Translations under genes and position numbers: made by a program
Virus record (IMG/VR): IMGVR_UViG_3300032223_001001
Coordinates: 1-64,000 of that record
Reading direction: 5' to 3' (one strand)
DNA from: a virus
DNA: 64,000 nt
In this document: one piece after another, positions 28,194-37,519 of the stretch
Position numbering within the stretch: position 1 is the stretch's first letter
How the letters are laid out: every line of letters begins with the position of its first letter
The notes under the pieces: model-generated
What the model was told of the DNA's origin: nothing
Databases searched by the model: none
What the model saw: the letters and a program-made list of their open reading frames with translations, nothing else

Positions 28194-29471
28194 ACATAAG
28201 TTAGATTGTTTAATAACTCCGATATTCTGGTGATTCGTTTTTCTATTTGCGTTATCTTTAGCCGCCAAATAAGGAACCCCCGTTTCAATTTGTGATTCAA
28301 CGATACGATTCCACACATCCAACGCTTTTACTTTTTTACCAAGACCAAGATTTACCGCTTTAGTATAATTTTGTTCATACTCGTCCCCATAACATTCTTG
28401 TAGAGGTTTAATACCCGCTTTAATAACATCATTTGGACAAAATAAATACCAATCATGATTTTCTTTTACAGCGTTCATGAAGTTATCCGGAATCCATAGT
28501 GCCGTAAATAAATCCCTAGCTCGCAATTCATCTTTACCGGTATTCTTTTTAATATCCAATAAGTCAAAAATATCTTTATGCCAAGGTTCAATATAAATCG
28601 CCGCACTACCTGGTCGTCTACCTTGTTGGTTAAAGAATCTTAATGATTCGTTTACAATTTTAAGATATTTTAATAATCCCCCAGCGTAACCACCAGATGT
28701 TGTGATTCGACTTTCTTTAGATCGAATGTTTGACATACACAATCCGATTCCTGCTGCGTCAGATGAAAATGTTGATATATCATTCAAGGTAGCCAATAAA
28801 CCTTCTCTAGAATCCCCATCGTTATAATGTAACACACATGATGCAAGTTGTGGAACCAATGTTCCAGAGTTGATCATAATTGGTGTTGCTTTAGATACCA
28901 GTTGTTTAGTTAAGGAGTGATAATAATCAATTGCTTCTTCATATGTATTCGTCACCCATAAGGCAATACGCATATACATATGTTGAGGCCGTTCGATTGG
29001 TGTACCTTTAGAGTTTTTCAACAAATACATTTCTTGTAGGGCAACCCATCCAAAATAATCAAAATTATAATCATTATCATGAAGGATTTCATTATCCAAT
29101 TTTTCTGGACCATAGTTATCAATTGACGTGATAAGACGTTCATTGATGATACCTTCCTTGAATAACACCTTCATTGTTTGACTAAAACTTGGATTTGTCT
29201 CCTTATGGTATGAAGATATCGCAACGTTTGCAGCCAATTTGGAATAATCATGATGACTACCCGTATATGACGCAGCTATTTCATATACCAACCTATCCAA
29301 TTCTTTTGTTGTTATAACCCCCTCGGTTGGTACGGAAGTGATCACCTTAATGAAAATTTCATCCGAGTTTACGTTCAACCCTTTAGCTGAACGTTTAACT
29401 CGTTGATAAATTTTTTGTGGGTTGAATGACACTTCTTCACCCCCCCTTTTTCTAATTCTTAATGACATCAT
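27867..29471 (-). CDS. nrdA: Class Ia ribonucleotide reductase alpha, N-terminal half (ATP cone; ends in IntN)
   Basis: ATP cone, ERPQHMYMR, ATPIMIN, QLASC, QQGRRPG, ETGVPY, KQSNLC. Confidence 0.95.
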   Translation of the reverse strand: MMSLRIRKRGGEEVSFNPQKIYQRVKRSAKGLNVNSDEIFIKVITSVPTEGVITTKELDRLVYEIAASYTGSHHDYSKLAANVAISSYHKETNPSFSQTMKVLFKEGIINERLITSIDNYGPEKLDNEILHDNDYNFDYFGWVALQEMYLLKNSKGTPIERPQHMYMRIALWVTNTYEEAIDYYHSLTKQLVSKATPIMINSGTLVPQLASCVLHYNDGDSREGLLATLNDISTFSSDAAGIGLCMSNIRSKESRITTSGGYAGGLLKYLKIVNESLRFFNQQGRRPGSAAIYIEPWHKDIFDLLDIKKNTGKDELRARDLFTALWIPDNFMNAVKENHDWYLFCPNDVIKAGIKPLQECYGDEYEQNYTKAVNLGLGKKVKALDVWNRIVESQIETGVPYLAAKDNANRKTNHQNIGVIKQSNLCCLTGDVELIVQRENGNVETLTMIEVIDLINCSERLKVKSEGGKFVDILTGKMTRENSELMEVEDVDSGYKIKCTPDHLIFTKNRGFVRADELVEDDVLDINYEMVIID

Positions 29472-29496
29472 TTTTTTCTTAATTTTTATGTAAATC

Positions 29497-30444
29497 CTAA
29501 AAATCGTCCGTGAATGTTATTGACTCGTTCATTTTTGCCTTTTGATATTCAATGGTTCTTGACTCAAAAAAGTTCCCTTTTGTTTCAACGGCAATTTGTT
29601 CCATGAACTTAAACGGTTGTTCCACGTTAAATTCTTTTGAACACCCAAGTTTAACCAATAAACCATCAACAACGAACTCCAAATATTGTTTCATTAAATT
29701 CTGGTTCATACCGATCATTGACACTGGTAATGACTCGGTGATAAACTCTTTTTCAATTTCCAATGCGGACAACAATATTTCTTTAATTCGTTTTTCACTC
29801 GGTTTATTCACAATATGGTTATTCAATAAATGAATCGCAAAATCACAGTGAAGATTCTCGTCCTTAAATATTAAGGCATTTGCATCACAAAGTCCACGCA
29901 TTACACCTCTTGATTTTAACCAAAATATCGAACAAAACGACCCGGAGAAAAATATCCCCTCCACAGCCGCGAACGCAACAAGACGTTCCTGGAATGTTGA
30001 ATCATTAATCCAATTCAACGCCCAATTAGCCTTCTTCTGTACCGCTGGTAGTCGTTCAATCGCGTTAAAACATTCGTCCTTCTCGTTCGGATTACTTATA
30101 TAAGTATCAATCAATAGAGAATACATCAACGAGTGGATATTTTCCATTGCTAACTGAAAACCATAGAAAAACTTCGCCTCAGGGTATTGTACCTCCTTTA
30201 AGAAATTTTCAGCTAAGTTTTCATTAACAATACCATCCGATGCCGCGAAAAATGATAATATATTCTTAATGAAATATTGTTCATTCTCCGACAAATTTGG
30301 CCAATCACGAATATCATCCGTTAAATCAATTTCTTCTGCCGTCCAGAATGCCGCCTGGTGTTGTTGGTAATACTCCCAAATATCATTATATTGAATTGGA
30401 AATATTACAAAACGATTTGGATTTTCTGTTAAAATTTTTTCCAT
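29497..30444 (-). CDS. nrdB: Ribonucleotide reductase beta subunit
   Basis: [48 protein letters not shown]...EYQ. Confidence 0.95.
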   Translation of the reverse strand: MEKILTENPNRFVIFPIQYNDIWEYYQQHQAAFWTAEEIDLTDDIRDWPNLSENEQYFIKNILSFFAASDGIVNENLAENFLKEVQYPEAKFFYGFQLAMENIHSLMYSLLIDTYISNPNEKDECFNAIERLPAVQKKANWALNWINDSTFQERLVAFAAVEGIFFSGSFCSIFWLKSRGVMRGLCDANALIFKDENLHCDFAIHLLNNHIVNKPSEKRIKEILLSALEIEKEFITESLPVSMIGMNQNLMKQYLEFVVDGLLVKLGCSKEFNVEQPFKFMEQIAVETKGNFFESRTIEYQKAKMNESITFTDDF

Positions 30445-30447
30445 AAT

Positions 30448-30918
30448 TTATTCTGTTTTTTGTTTTTCTTTTCGTTTATCCATTAATTCTCTAATGCGAT
30501 CCTTATTTCGTTGTTCCTGTTTTTCTTCATGGCCCAAAAACGTCGTTGAGGTATCTGTATCAATGTCCAGCATTCCGTTGTCAAATTTACAATTTTCAAA
30601 CACAATACCATCATCACCAATCCTGGATTTTGTTATTGCCATTGTCGCCAACTTCATTTCCTTTTGGGGTAAAGTCCTTGCGATTGTTAAGATAACGTGT
30701 CCAACTTGTGCCTTCTTAATCGATCCCCCCATTTGGTCGGTAGTTACCACTTCAGCGGAAATTGAAGAATTGTGTGTATATACCCCATTCGCATAAAACA
30801 TATGGGTACCTTCCACCGAAATATCTATAGTATCTTCCTCACCTACTAACTCAATTGATTCTATTTCATCTAAAATAAAATCGTCATCTGTTAAAATATG
30901 AAATTCATTTTCCATCAT
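30448..30918 (-). CDS. dnaB: DnaB/gp41 helicase C-terminal fragment with 50-aa split-intein IntC
   Basis: TIDISVEGTHMFYANGVYTHN|SS, then helicase C-terminal motifs (GGSIKKAQ, KSRIG). Confidence 0.9.
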   Translation of the reverse strand: MMENEFHILTDDDFILDEIESIELVGEEDTIDISVEGTHMFYANGVYTHNSSISAEVVTTDQMGGSIKKAQVGHVILTIARTLPQKEMKLATMAITKSRIGDDGIVFENCKFDNGMLDIDTDTSTTFLGHEEKQEQRNKDRIRELMDKRKEKQKTE

Positions 30919-31165
30919 TCAAAAATTTAATACATTGTTCAACTACTTTTTCTTTATCATTGTAATAATCACGTTCCTTAACCCTTAATAAATTATAACC
31001 TTTTTTTATTAAATATTCATCACGTTTCTTATCTTTTTTTATTTGTTCCGGTCTGGAATGCCAATATTCCCCATCGAACTCAATTATATTATTACCAAGT
31101 TTGAAGTCAACCTTGATAATTGTCATATTGTTTTCCCAAATATAAAAAGTTGGACTACAAGACAA
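30905..31165 (-). pseudogene. Truncated Vsr/DUF559-like endonuclease between the split helicase halves
   Basis: KVDF...IIEFDGEYWH...DKKRDEYL..KGYNLLRV; no N-terminal domain and no clear start. Confidence 0.75.
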
Positions 31166-31171
31166 AAATAT

Positions 31172-31447
31172 TTAATCTTTTTTCAAAAATAATTTACTCC
31201 CAACAGTTAAACCACTTTGAATCGATAAAAACTCGTTATTATCCGTTGGAAATCTATGTTTTGCAGAAACTTTAATTTCTTTACCAGATTTTGTTTTTAT
31301 CTTATAAACTGGTTGTTTTTCAATTGGAAATACATAATTAACTTCTTTATATCCTTCGTGGGTCATAATTTTATCCCCCAGAATAACATCCTTAATCATA
31401 ATATCCCCTTTATTTTGAATATTAACAATAGTGTCAAGACTAACACA
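31172..31447 (-). mobile_element. Split intein N-fragment (91 aa), gp41-1-like
   Basis: CVSLDT...GYKEVNYVFP....YKIKTKSGKEIKVSAKHRFPT...SGLTVG resembles gp41-1 IntN. Confidence 0.9.
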
Positions 31448-33286
31448 ACGACCACCTTGAGTTCCACACCACCCAACTAAATCTAATTCATGGCACATTG
31501 ATTCAAACCCACGCATTACAGCACCTTCAGCCTTCCATTCGTTTTCAATTTGACGATCCGATATAACACAATCAATATAATCCAAAACAACCATATCAAT
31601 CTTGACACCGTCCGCGATCATTTTACGAATCTTATTCTTAATTTGTGAAACTGTCACGTTGTCCGATGGCATCTTACACAAGATCAACTTATTGTCCATG
31701 GTTGATTCAATTTCTCTAACACGTGCTAGAACTTCTTCCTTCCTACTCGTTAATTCGTCCGGATGAATTTTTGTCCATAACGTATAATGTTTACGTTGAA
31801 TAATCTTTTTGTTGTCCTCAAAAAAGATTTGTAGTACATTATACCCATGATTAAACGCACTATTAGCGATTTTGGTTAACATTGTGGTGTTGTGTGTTAA
31901 AACGTAGTCCCTGGATACATATAATTCATCCGGATTGGACACCTTAATACATACAGCTTCTTCATCGTGGGAATAAGTGATTGACTTAACATATTTTTGT
32001 TGTACTGGTTTATTAGCCTCAAGATATTTGTTAACCTTATTTAACACACCAAATGGAATTAAACCAGTTGTAAATGTTATTCTAAAAGTACCCCCCATAT
32101 CTTCAATTATACCCCCTAAAGATAACACTAATTCTCTAATAACTGTTTTATTACCATCATTTTTTTTACAAATAATATATCCCTCACCATCCATGGTTGC
32201 TAATGAATCAAACAAACCCCTTAAGAAGTTCAAACGAACATTAACCGTGTTATAGATATATTTTGAACATTGTGTTATTGTTATTTCTTCAGTGATCACC
32301 TCCCCATCATATAAGGACAATCCAAATTCATATGAATCATCAACATCTTGGGATTGAAATTCAACTGGTTTAACCATTGGTAGTTGATATACATTTCCCT
32401 GGTTTAAACCATCCATGATATTGTTTGCAGTTAATACAACAAATTCTTTTGAATTATTTTCCTTCACCGTCCATAAATGTTCAAGTCCACAATTCACAAA
32501 CGTATTATCCATAAATTCAACCTTATAAATCGGTTTTACTCCTTGTGGATATTTTCCCAATACATACTGTTCCTTACCGTCACTACCGATAACCTTTTCA
32601 CCAATATTGATTTCCCCCATTGTTGTCCAACCAGATGGTGTTAATAATGGTTCAGACACACCATGTTCCTTCCCAACACCGGTCGGCGCAAGGACAACCC
32701 CAATTTCACCCTTGGCCAAACCCCCCTTTAATAAACGATCAATACCAGGTATCCCCATCGGGATTGGGTGACGATAATCTTCCTCCAATACATCATCAAG
32801 ATTGGAGAAAACATCCATCATATCGTTATCATGTTGTCCCACCTGGAGGGCGTCACGAACCAGTTGTTCCACCTTATCATAATTCTCGAATTCACCCCCA
32901 TCGATAATCTTTTGGGCTTTAACCATCACCTTTTGCAATTCTTGTTGTTTACAGAATTTCAAGGCTTTTTCTTGAACAAATTCTTGTCCATCGACTGGTG
33001 ATTCTTGAATTTTCTTGATGGTATCAATAATCAACTTGGAAGCACTTTCTTGCGTGATTTCCGATAACGTGATTTGTTTTAATGTATCATAATTCGGTAC
33101 ATTTTCGTATTTGGAATGATATTCCTTGATCATCTGAAGAATCAACTTGAAATACTTGTTTTCAAAATAATTCACGTCAATAACATCAATTATCGTTCTA
33201 GCGAAATCCTTATCAACTACCAATTGATTCAATAGTTGTAGCTGAAATCCACTACCCAAATATTCAAAATTTTTATTCTTACTCAT
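31172..33286 (-). CDS. dnaB: DnaB/gp41 replicative helicase N-terminal part, with a cis intein and terminal split-intein IntN
   Basis: Walker A APTGVGK|T interrupted by an intein; Walker B VVLDYID; TQGGR|C. Confidence 0.93.
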   Translation of the reverse strand: MSKNKNFEYLGSGFQLQLLNQLVVDKDFARTIIDVIDVNYFENKYFKLILQMIKEYHSKYENVPNYDTLKQITLSEITQESASKLIIDTIKKIQESPVDGQEFVQEKALKFCKQQELQKVMVKAQKIIDGGEFENYDKVEQLVRDALQVGQHDNDMMDVFSNLDDVLEEDYRHPIPMGIPGIDRLLKGGLAKGEIGVVLAPTGVGKEHGVSEPLLTPSGWTTMGEINIGEKVIGSDGKEQYVLGKYPQGVKPIYKVEFMDNTFVNCGLEHLWTVKENNSKEFVVLTANNIMDGLNQGNVYQLPMVKPVEFQSQDVDDSYEFGLSLYDGEVITEEITITQCSKYIYNTVNVRLNFLRGLFDSLATMDGEGYIICKKNDGNKTVIRELVLSLGGIIEDMGGTFRITFTTGLIPFGVLNKVNKYLEANKPVQQKYVKSITYSHDEEAVCIKVSNPDELYVSRDYVLTHNTTMLTKIANSAFNHGYNVLQIFFEDNKKIIQRKHYTLWTKIHPDELTSRKEEVLARVREIESTMDNKLILCKMPSDNVTVSQIKNKIRKMIADGVKIDMVVLDYIDCVISDRQIENEWKAEGAVMRGFESMCHELDLVGWCGTQGGRCVSLDTIVNIQNKGDIMIKDVILGDKIMTHEGYKEVNYVFPIEKQPVYKIKTKSGKEIKVSAKHRFPTDNNEFLSIQSGLTVGSKLFLKKD
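31889..32668 (-). mobile_element. Class 3 intein (260 aa) in the helicase P-loop with degenerate LAGLIDADG remnant
   Basis: Begins with E (not C/S); WCT triad in EHLW, AVCIKV, LTHN|T; remnant FLRGLFDS. Confidence 0.85.
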
Positions 33287-33317
33287 CGTTCAATCTACTC
33301 CTTTATTTTAATAAATA

Positions 33318-33770
33318 TTACTTAACCAATACTTTATCCAGGTAATCCACAGTTAATTCTTCGGAAGAAAAAACATCCGTTAAATTTAACAATAAATCCT
33401 TTAAGTGTGGTCTAACATCAACTGTATATCTAACCTTCGGAGGATATACTTTTGCATCAATTTCTCTAACAAATAAAACGTTTTCATTCATTTTAATTGT
33501 GATTCTAATATGTTCCGGACCATCGGTCTTTGATGTATCCATAATCGTTGGGTCATTGTTAATTTCATATTGGTGATCCAACATATATGTTACTGTCTTA
33601 ATTCTCAATTGACGTTCCAAATCACTTTTGAAGTAACTAATCAATTCATATAAGTCCATTGAATTTTTTGCTTTAGGATTATAATCCCTAACATTAAAAA
33701 AACGTTGTACGATAATGTTTTCGTTGATGTTCATCAAAAACTCCAATTTTGTTATTTCTTGCTCTTTCAT
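33318..33770 (-). CDS. Hypothetical protein
   Basis: 150-aa ORF in the replication operon. Confidence 0.6.
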   Translation of the reverse strand: MKEQEITKLEFLMNINENIIVQRFFNVRDYNPKAKNSMDLYELISYFKSDLERQLRIKTVTYMLDHQYEINNDPTIMDTSKTDGPEHIRITIKMNENVLFVREIDAKVYPPKVRYTVDVRPHLKDLLLNLTDVFSSEELTVDYLDKVLVK

Positions 33771-33776
33771 AAATTT

Positions 33777-34793
33777 TTAATTATTAAATTTTCTTTTTTC
33801 TTTACGGGTTAACTTTAAGAATGGTTTTAGAAATTCAACCCACGCGTTATCTCTTTTGGGTAGGTACTTAAATAATCCATCTTCCATCATCATTTTCATG
33901 GCGTTCTTGTATCCCCTACCATCTGGATCCAAGAACTCTTTATAATACATTTCTACAACATTTTTTCCATCTTCTGAAATTAAAGGGTTAAACAAATCAA
34001 TTATCTTATTACTCGTCTTAAAGAATTCTTCACCAAATATACCACTTTTTGTTTTACCTGACAACAAATTCTTCAATGAATTATTTTTTTCATCTTCCAA
34101 TATTAACTTATTGGCCTTATCCAAAATATCGTTAATTGTTATTCTTGTATCAAGTATTTCGGGAAATAACTTAAGAATATTCTTTTCCCCCAAATAATAG
34201 ATACCATCAATGTTATCCGACTTATCACCAGACAATATCTTATAGGTTAATATGTTATAGTGGGGAATATATATCTTATCAATCTTTACCTTATCACCAA
34301 CCTTATACATCGTCTTTAAGATCGGACTATATAACGACACATCTTCCGAAATAAGTTGGGTTAAATCAACATCACCAGAATAAATAATCTTTTCTTCATT
34401 CGTTGAAATTTTACAATAATAAGCAACCAAATCATCCGCTTCATTACCATCAATTTCCACCTGACGGACAAACAACTCCTCCATATACTGTTTAATACGT
34501 TGACGTTGATAATCATACGACTCCTGGTCATATGTTCGAACACGTTCACGACGATTTAACTTATATTGGGGGTATATTAGTCTTCTGGATGATCGATTCT
34601 CGTCACCATCCCAAAATACCATAACCTTATCCAAATTATGTTCTTCAATAAATTTTTGTATTGTATTTAAGAAATGCCATATGGCACCAACATGTTTTTC
34701 ATTGTGATAATAATCCTTAACACCAAATAATCCGATCTTAAATAGATTTTCACCATCAATCAATAAAGTTTTTACTTTTGAGTTTCTACCCAT
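33777..34793 (-). CDS. 5'-3' exonuclease / flap endonuclease (T4 RNase H-like)
   Basis: LLIDGEN, FWDG, YKLNR, EADD, SGDVDLTQL, GDKSDNIDG. Confidence 0.9.
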   Translation of the reverse strand: MGRNSKVKTLLIDGENLFKIGLFGVKDYYHNEKHVGAIWHFLNTIQKFIEEHNLDKVMVFWDGDENRSSRRLIYPQYKLNRRERVRTYDQESYDYQRQRIKQYMEELFVRQVEIDGNEADDLVAYYCKISTNEEKIIYSGDVDLTQLISEDVSLYSPILKTMYKVGDKVKIDKIYIPHYNILTYKILSGDKSDNIDGIYYLGEKNILKLFPEILDTRITINDILDKANKLILEDEKNNSLKNLLSGKTKSGIFGEEFFKTSNKIIDLFNPLISEDGKNVVEMYYKEFLDPDGRGYKNAMKMMMEDGLFKYLPKRDNAWVEFLKPFLKLTRKEKRKFNN

Positions 34794-34824
34794 TTAATTT
34801 TTATTACTTGGTCCAACAATAGTA

Positions 34825-34856
34825 CAAATATAAGAATATCCCCTTAAAAAATCAAA
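34825..34856 (-). promoter_or_regulatory. Bacteroidota-type primary sigma promoter
   Basis: TTTG-N20-TATATTTG on the minus strand upstream of the exonuclease; overlapped by hairpin TATCCCCTTAAAAA/TTTTTAAGGGGATA (34837-34872). Confidence 0.55.
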
Positions 34857-34885
34857 CGTTTTTAAGGGGATAGTGTTAATTATTT

Positions 34886-35074
34886 TTATTGAGTCGGATT
34901 GTTATCGGATGGATTGTTAGGGGTGGGGTTGATTTTATTACTTTTAAGTAAATTTTCTTCCGCCCATAATGGTTGAAGATTAGTATAATGAAATAACTTA
35001 AGTAGTTCTTCCTCGGTTTCAGCCGAAGCTAATGGAATTATATGATCAATATGCCAACCATAAATACCATAATT
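34886..35074 (-). pseudogene. C-terminal fragment of an HNH endonuclease (absent from ORF track)
   Basis: [18 protein letters not shown]...[19 protein letters not shown] immediately after the IS end. Confidence 0.85.
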
Positions 35075-35200
35075 CTGCTCTTAAACTAGTACTTAAATGT
35101 AAGTATTTCGTAAATATCCGTTATTTAGACGGACAAGTTGTTTGAATTAACAACTGCCTAAGCCAGGCAACTTTTTATTTTTTTCGTCTTTTAGTTTAAT
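35075..35200 (-). ncRNA. Putative omegaRNA scaffold (3' part) of IS607 element A
   Basis: Consecutive hairpins TGCCT/AGGCA, GTTGTT/AACAAC, TCCGT/ACGGA, TACTTA/TAAGTA between the tnpB 3' end and the element end; 5' boundary unknown. Confidence 0.55.
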
Positions 35201-36310
35201 ACCGATCGGTTTGAATGTTCCGTTATAAACACGTTTAATGTTTATTGAACCATTTTCATCTCTAGGTAAACTAACACCACACCAAACACAATTAAACACA
35301 CGATCTTTAACTGTTAGATTGTGTTTAACGTGTTGACAACAACTACATGTTTTACTGGTATAACTTTCATTGACTTTTTCAAAAATCTTCCCACATTGTT
35401 TTGCTTTATATTCTAATAAAAACGTGAAAATACTTATTGCTGCGTTTGAATATGATCTACTAAAGTTTTTTTGTTTTTTAGTGTTATCACTTTCCATTAA
35501 TTTCTTAACGTCAAACTTTCCAACAACAATGATATCTTCTTTAACTTGTTTTATATATTTTGTACTTTCTTTTTGCACATAATCATACCTAGTATTTTTT
35601 AAACGTAAATGGGTTTTATTTAATTGTTTTTTAACTTTTTTACGTCTTTTACTAGTTAACTGTTTACTTGATAATGATTTATTTAATTCAGCAATTCTAG
35701 CTTCATATTTTTTAATTAATTTGGTTGAAAATCTTTTAACTTCGTATCCATTAGAATCAACCATTAAACTTTTTAACCCCAAATCACAACCAACAACATC
35801 GTTATTATATCTCACTAATAAATTTGGTATTGCATCACATGTAAATACCAAAAAATAATCGTCATTTTCTTTTTTAAGTTTTACCCCAGTGAAATCATTT
35901 GGGAATGTTTCAACTCCTTTAATACCATTTTTAATTTTCGGTAAATACACTAAACCATTCTTAATTCTAACATCTGTTTTAGCAAAAAAAATGGAACTAA
36001 AGTTATCATTGGTTTTATGTTTTGGAAATCCAGAACCATTAAAGAAATTCTTAAACGAAGCTGCCACTCTAAAAACAATTTCTTGTAAAGACTTATTTGG
36101 AATGTCATTCCAACTAGTGTCTTCTTTTTTTAATAAAGTTAATTCTTGTTTCTGAACGTATTTATTTAATGTTTTTCCGGTACCTTGGTAATAATAAATG
36201 TATTGGTCAATACAAACATTATACAATGTTTTACATCGTCTTAACCAAAATTCAAACGTATTGAAATTTGTTTTGTTAATTATTAACTTTATTTTTTTAG
36301 CTTTTTTCAT
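35147..36310 (-). CDS. tnpB: TnpB with rearranged (Fanzor-like) RuvC site
   Basis: GCDLGLK; IIVVGK (no canonical E); VNESYTSKTCSCC; CVWC; RDENGSINI. Confidence 0.9.
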   Translation of the reverse strand: MKKAKKIKLIINKTNFNTFEFWLRRCKTLYNVCIDQYIYYYQGTGKTLNKYVQKQELTLLKKEDTSWNDIPNKSLQEIVFRVAASFKNFFNGSGFPKHKTNDNFSSIFFAKTDVRIKNGLVYLPKIKNGIKGVETFPNDFTGVKLKKENDDYFLVFTCDAIPNLLVRYNNDVVGCDLGLKSLMVDSNGYEVKRFSTKLIKKYEARIAELNKSLSSKQLTSKRRKKVKKQLNKTHLRLKNTRYDYVQKESTKYIKQVKEDIIVVGKFDVKKLMESDNTKKQKNFSRSYSNAAISIFTFLLEYKAKQCGKIFEKVNESYTSKTCSCCQHVKHNLTVKDRVFNCVWCGVSLPRDENGSINIKRVYNGTFKPIGIKLKDEKNKKLPGLGSC

Positions 36311-36905
36311 CTTTAATAAAGTCTTTAATTTTATTTTTATACGTTCTTAAACCATATAATCTAGATGAAAAAACATGAATGATACTCATTAAATCATTAA
36401 CCATTTCTTCTTGCGGTGATACCTTTTCATCATTAATAACAATTAATTCAACATTGTTTTCAATACATAATTCCTCGATTAATTCAAAACCAAAACGAAC
36501 TAATCTATCTTTGTGAGCTATAATTAGTTTTTTAATTTTATTTTTGGTTATTTCATTAACCAATTTAATAAAATTTTTTCTTTTATAATTTAATCCAGAA
36601 CCAATATCACTATAAACTTCATCAATATGGATTTGGTTATTCAAACAATATTCTTCAATAAAACTTATTTGTGATTTAAGATCATCTTTTTGATTAAATG
36701 ACGATACACGACAATATATAATTGTTTGTTTTTCATCAACAATTGAACTTTGGTTATTGATAAATTCCAAATATTGTTCGTGTGAATATTGTTTACGACC
36801 TTTTGGTGTGTACATGACTGGTTTGTAAATACCTTCGTTATCCCAACGCTGTAGAGTACGAACGTGTTTATTAATTAATTTAGCAAATTTACCAATAGAA
36901 TACAT
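36297..36905 (-). CDS. tnpA: IS607 TnpA serine recombinase
   Basis: MerR-like HTH followed by YCRVSS, DIGSGLN, HKDRLVRFGF, VFSSRLYG. Confidence 0.95.
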   Translation of the reverse strand: MYSIGKFAKLINKHVRTLQRWDNEGIYKPVMYTPKGRKQYSHEQYLEFINNQSSIVDEKQTIIYCRVSSFNQKDDLKSQISFIEEYCLNNQIHIDEVYSDIGSGLNYKRKNFIKLVNEITKNKIKKLIIAHKDRLVRFGFELIEELCIENNVELIVINDEKVSPQEEMVNDLMSIIHVFSSRLYGLRTYKNKIKDFIKDEKS

Positions 36906-37001
36906 AAATAATAGTTCTTTATATATAAATATACGTTAATTACAAAAAGTCATCAAAAGATTATAAAAAGTTATAAAAAATTATGTTTTAGTTAACTATT
37001 G

Positions 37002-37331
37002 TTAACTCCTTACTAATTGACACCCCTTACATGTAGTATTACCAACGTAAAATGAATCAATGGGTTTTACTACTTCACACACCCTACACGTTCTTTCAGT
37101 TAACCCTTCCAATGGACTTTTATATTCTCTACCAAATAAGGGGTTTAGTTCACCTTTTCTATTACAAGACGAACATAACCCAAACCTTTCACCTCCTTTT
37201 TTTTCAGCCCTATCATGCGTTCTTCTTATACCATAAGTGATTACTTTATTACACTCAGTGCAATTAATATAACAAGGGGTGTCAGATCGTTTAGCTTCTT
37301 TACAATGGCATCTGTTTTCCTCCATTTTCAA
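37002..37331 (-). pseudogene. N-terminal Zn-finger fragment of the HNH endonuclease, truncated by IS607
   Basis: Four CxxC pairs and a KGELNPLFG NUMOD-like motif; stop codon lies in the first IS bases. Confidence 0.7.
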
Positions 37332-37467
37332 TATAATCTTTTAACAGTTTATTAACTAGGGAAGAAATGTTGATTGCTCTATCCTTAAAATAACCAGGTA
37401 GTTCGGGATCAATTGAAATCCCAATTTTAACCTTTTTTTTCTCGTCGTCAATTTTTTTTCTTCCCAT
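37300..37467 (-). CDS. Small ribbon-helix-helix-like protein (55 aa, absent from ORF track)
   Basis: MGRKKIDDEKKKVKIGISIDPELPGYFKDRAINISSLVNKLLKDYIE; preceded by TATTTAT. Confidence 0.7.
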   Translation of the reverse strand: MGRKKIDDEKKKVKIGISIDPELPGYFKDRAINISSLVNKLLKDYIENGGKQMPL

Positions 37468-37519
37468 ATATTAATAAATAGTCTAAAGTTTAGTAAAAGT
37501 ATAAAAATTATGATTTTTT

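Larger units (their letters stand above)
35075..37005 (-). mobile_element. IS607-family element A (tnpA + tnpB) inserted in the HNH gene
   Basis: Serine recombinase plus TnpB; inferred junctions ...GGAG|TTAAC and ...GAGCAG|AATTAT; TTTTTATAA subterminal repeats. Confidence 0.85.
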
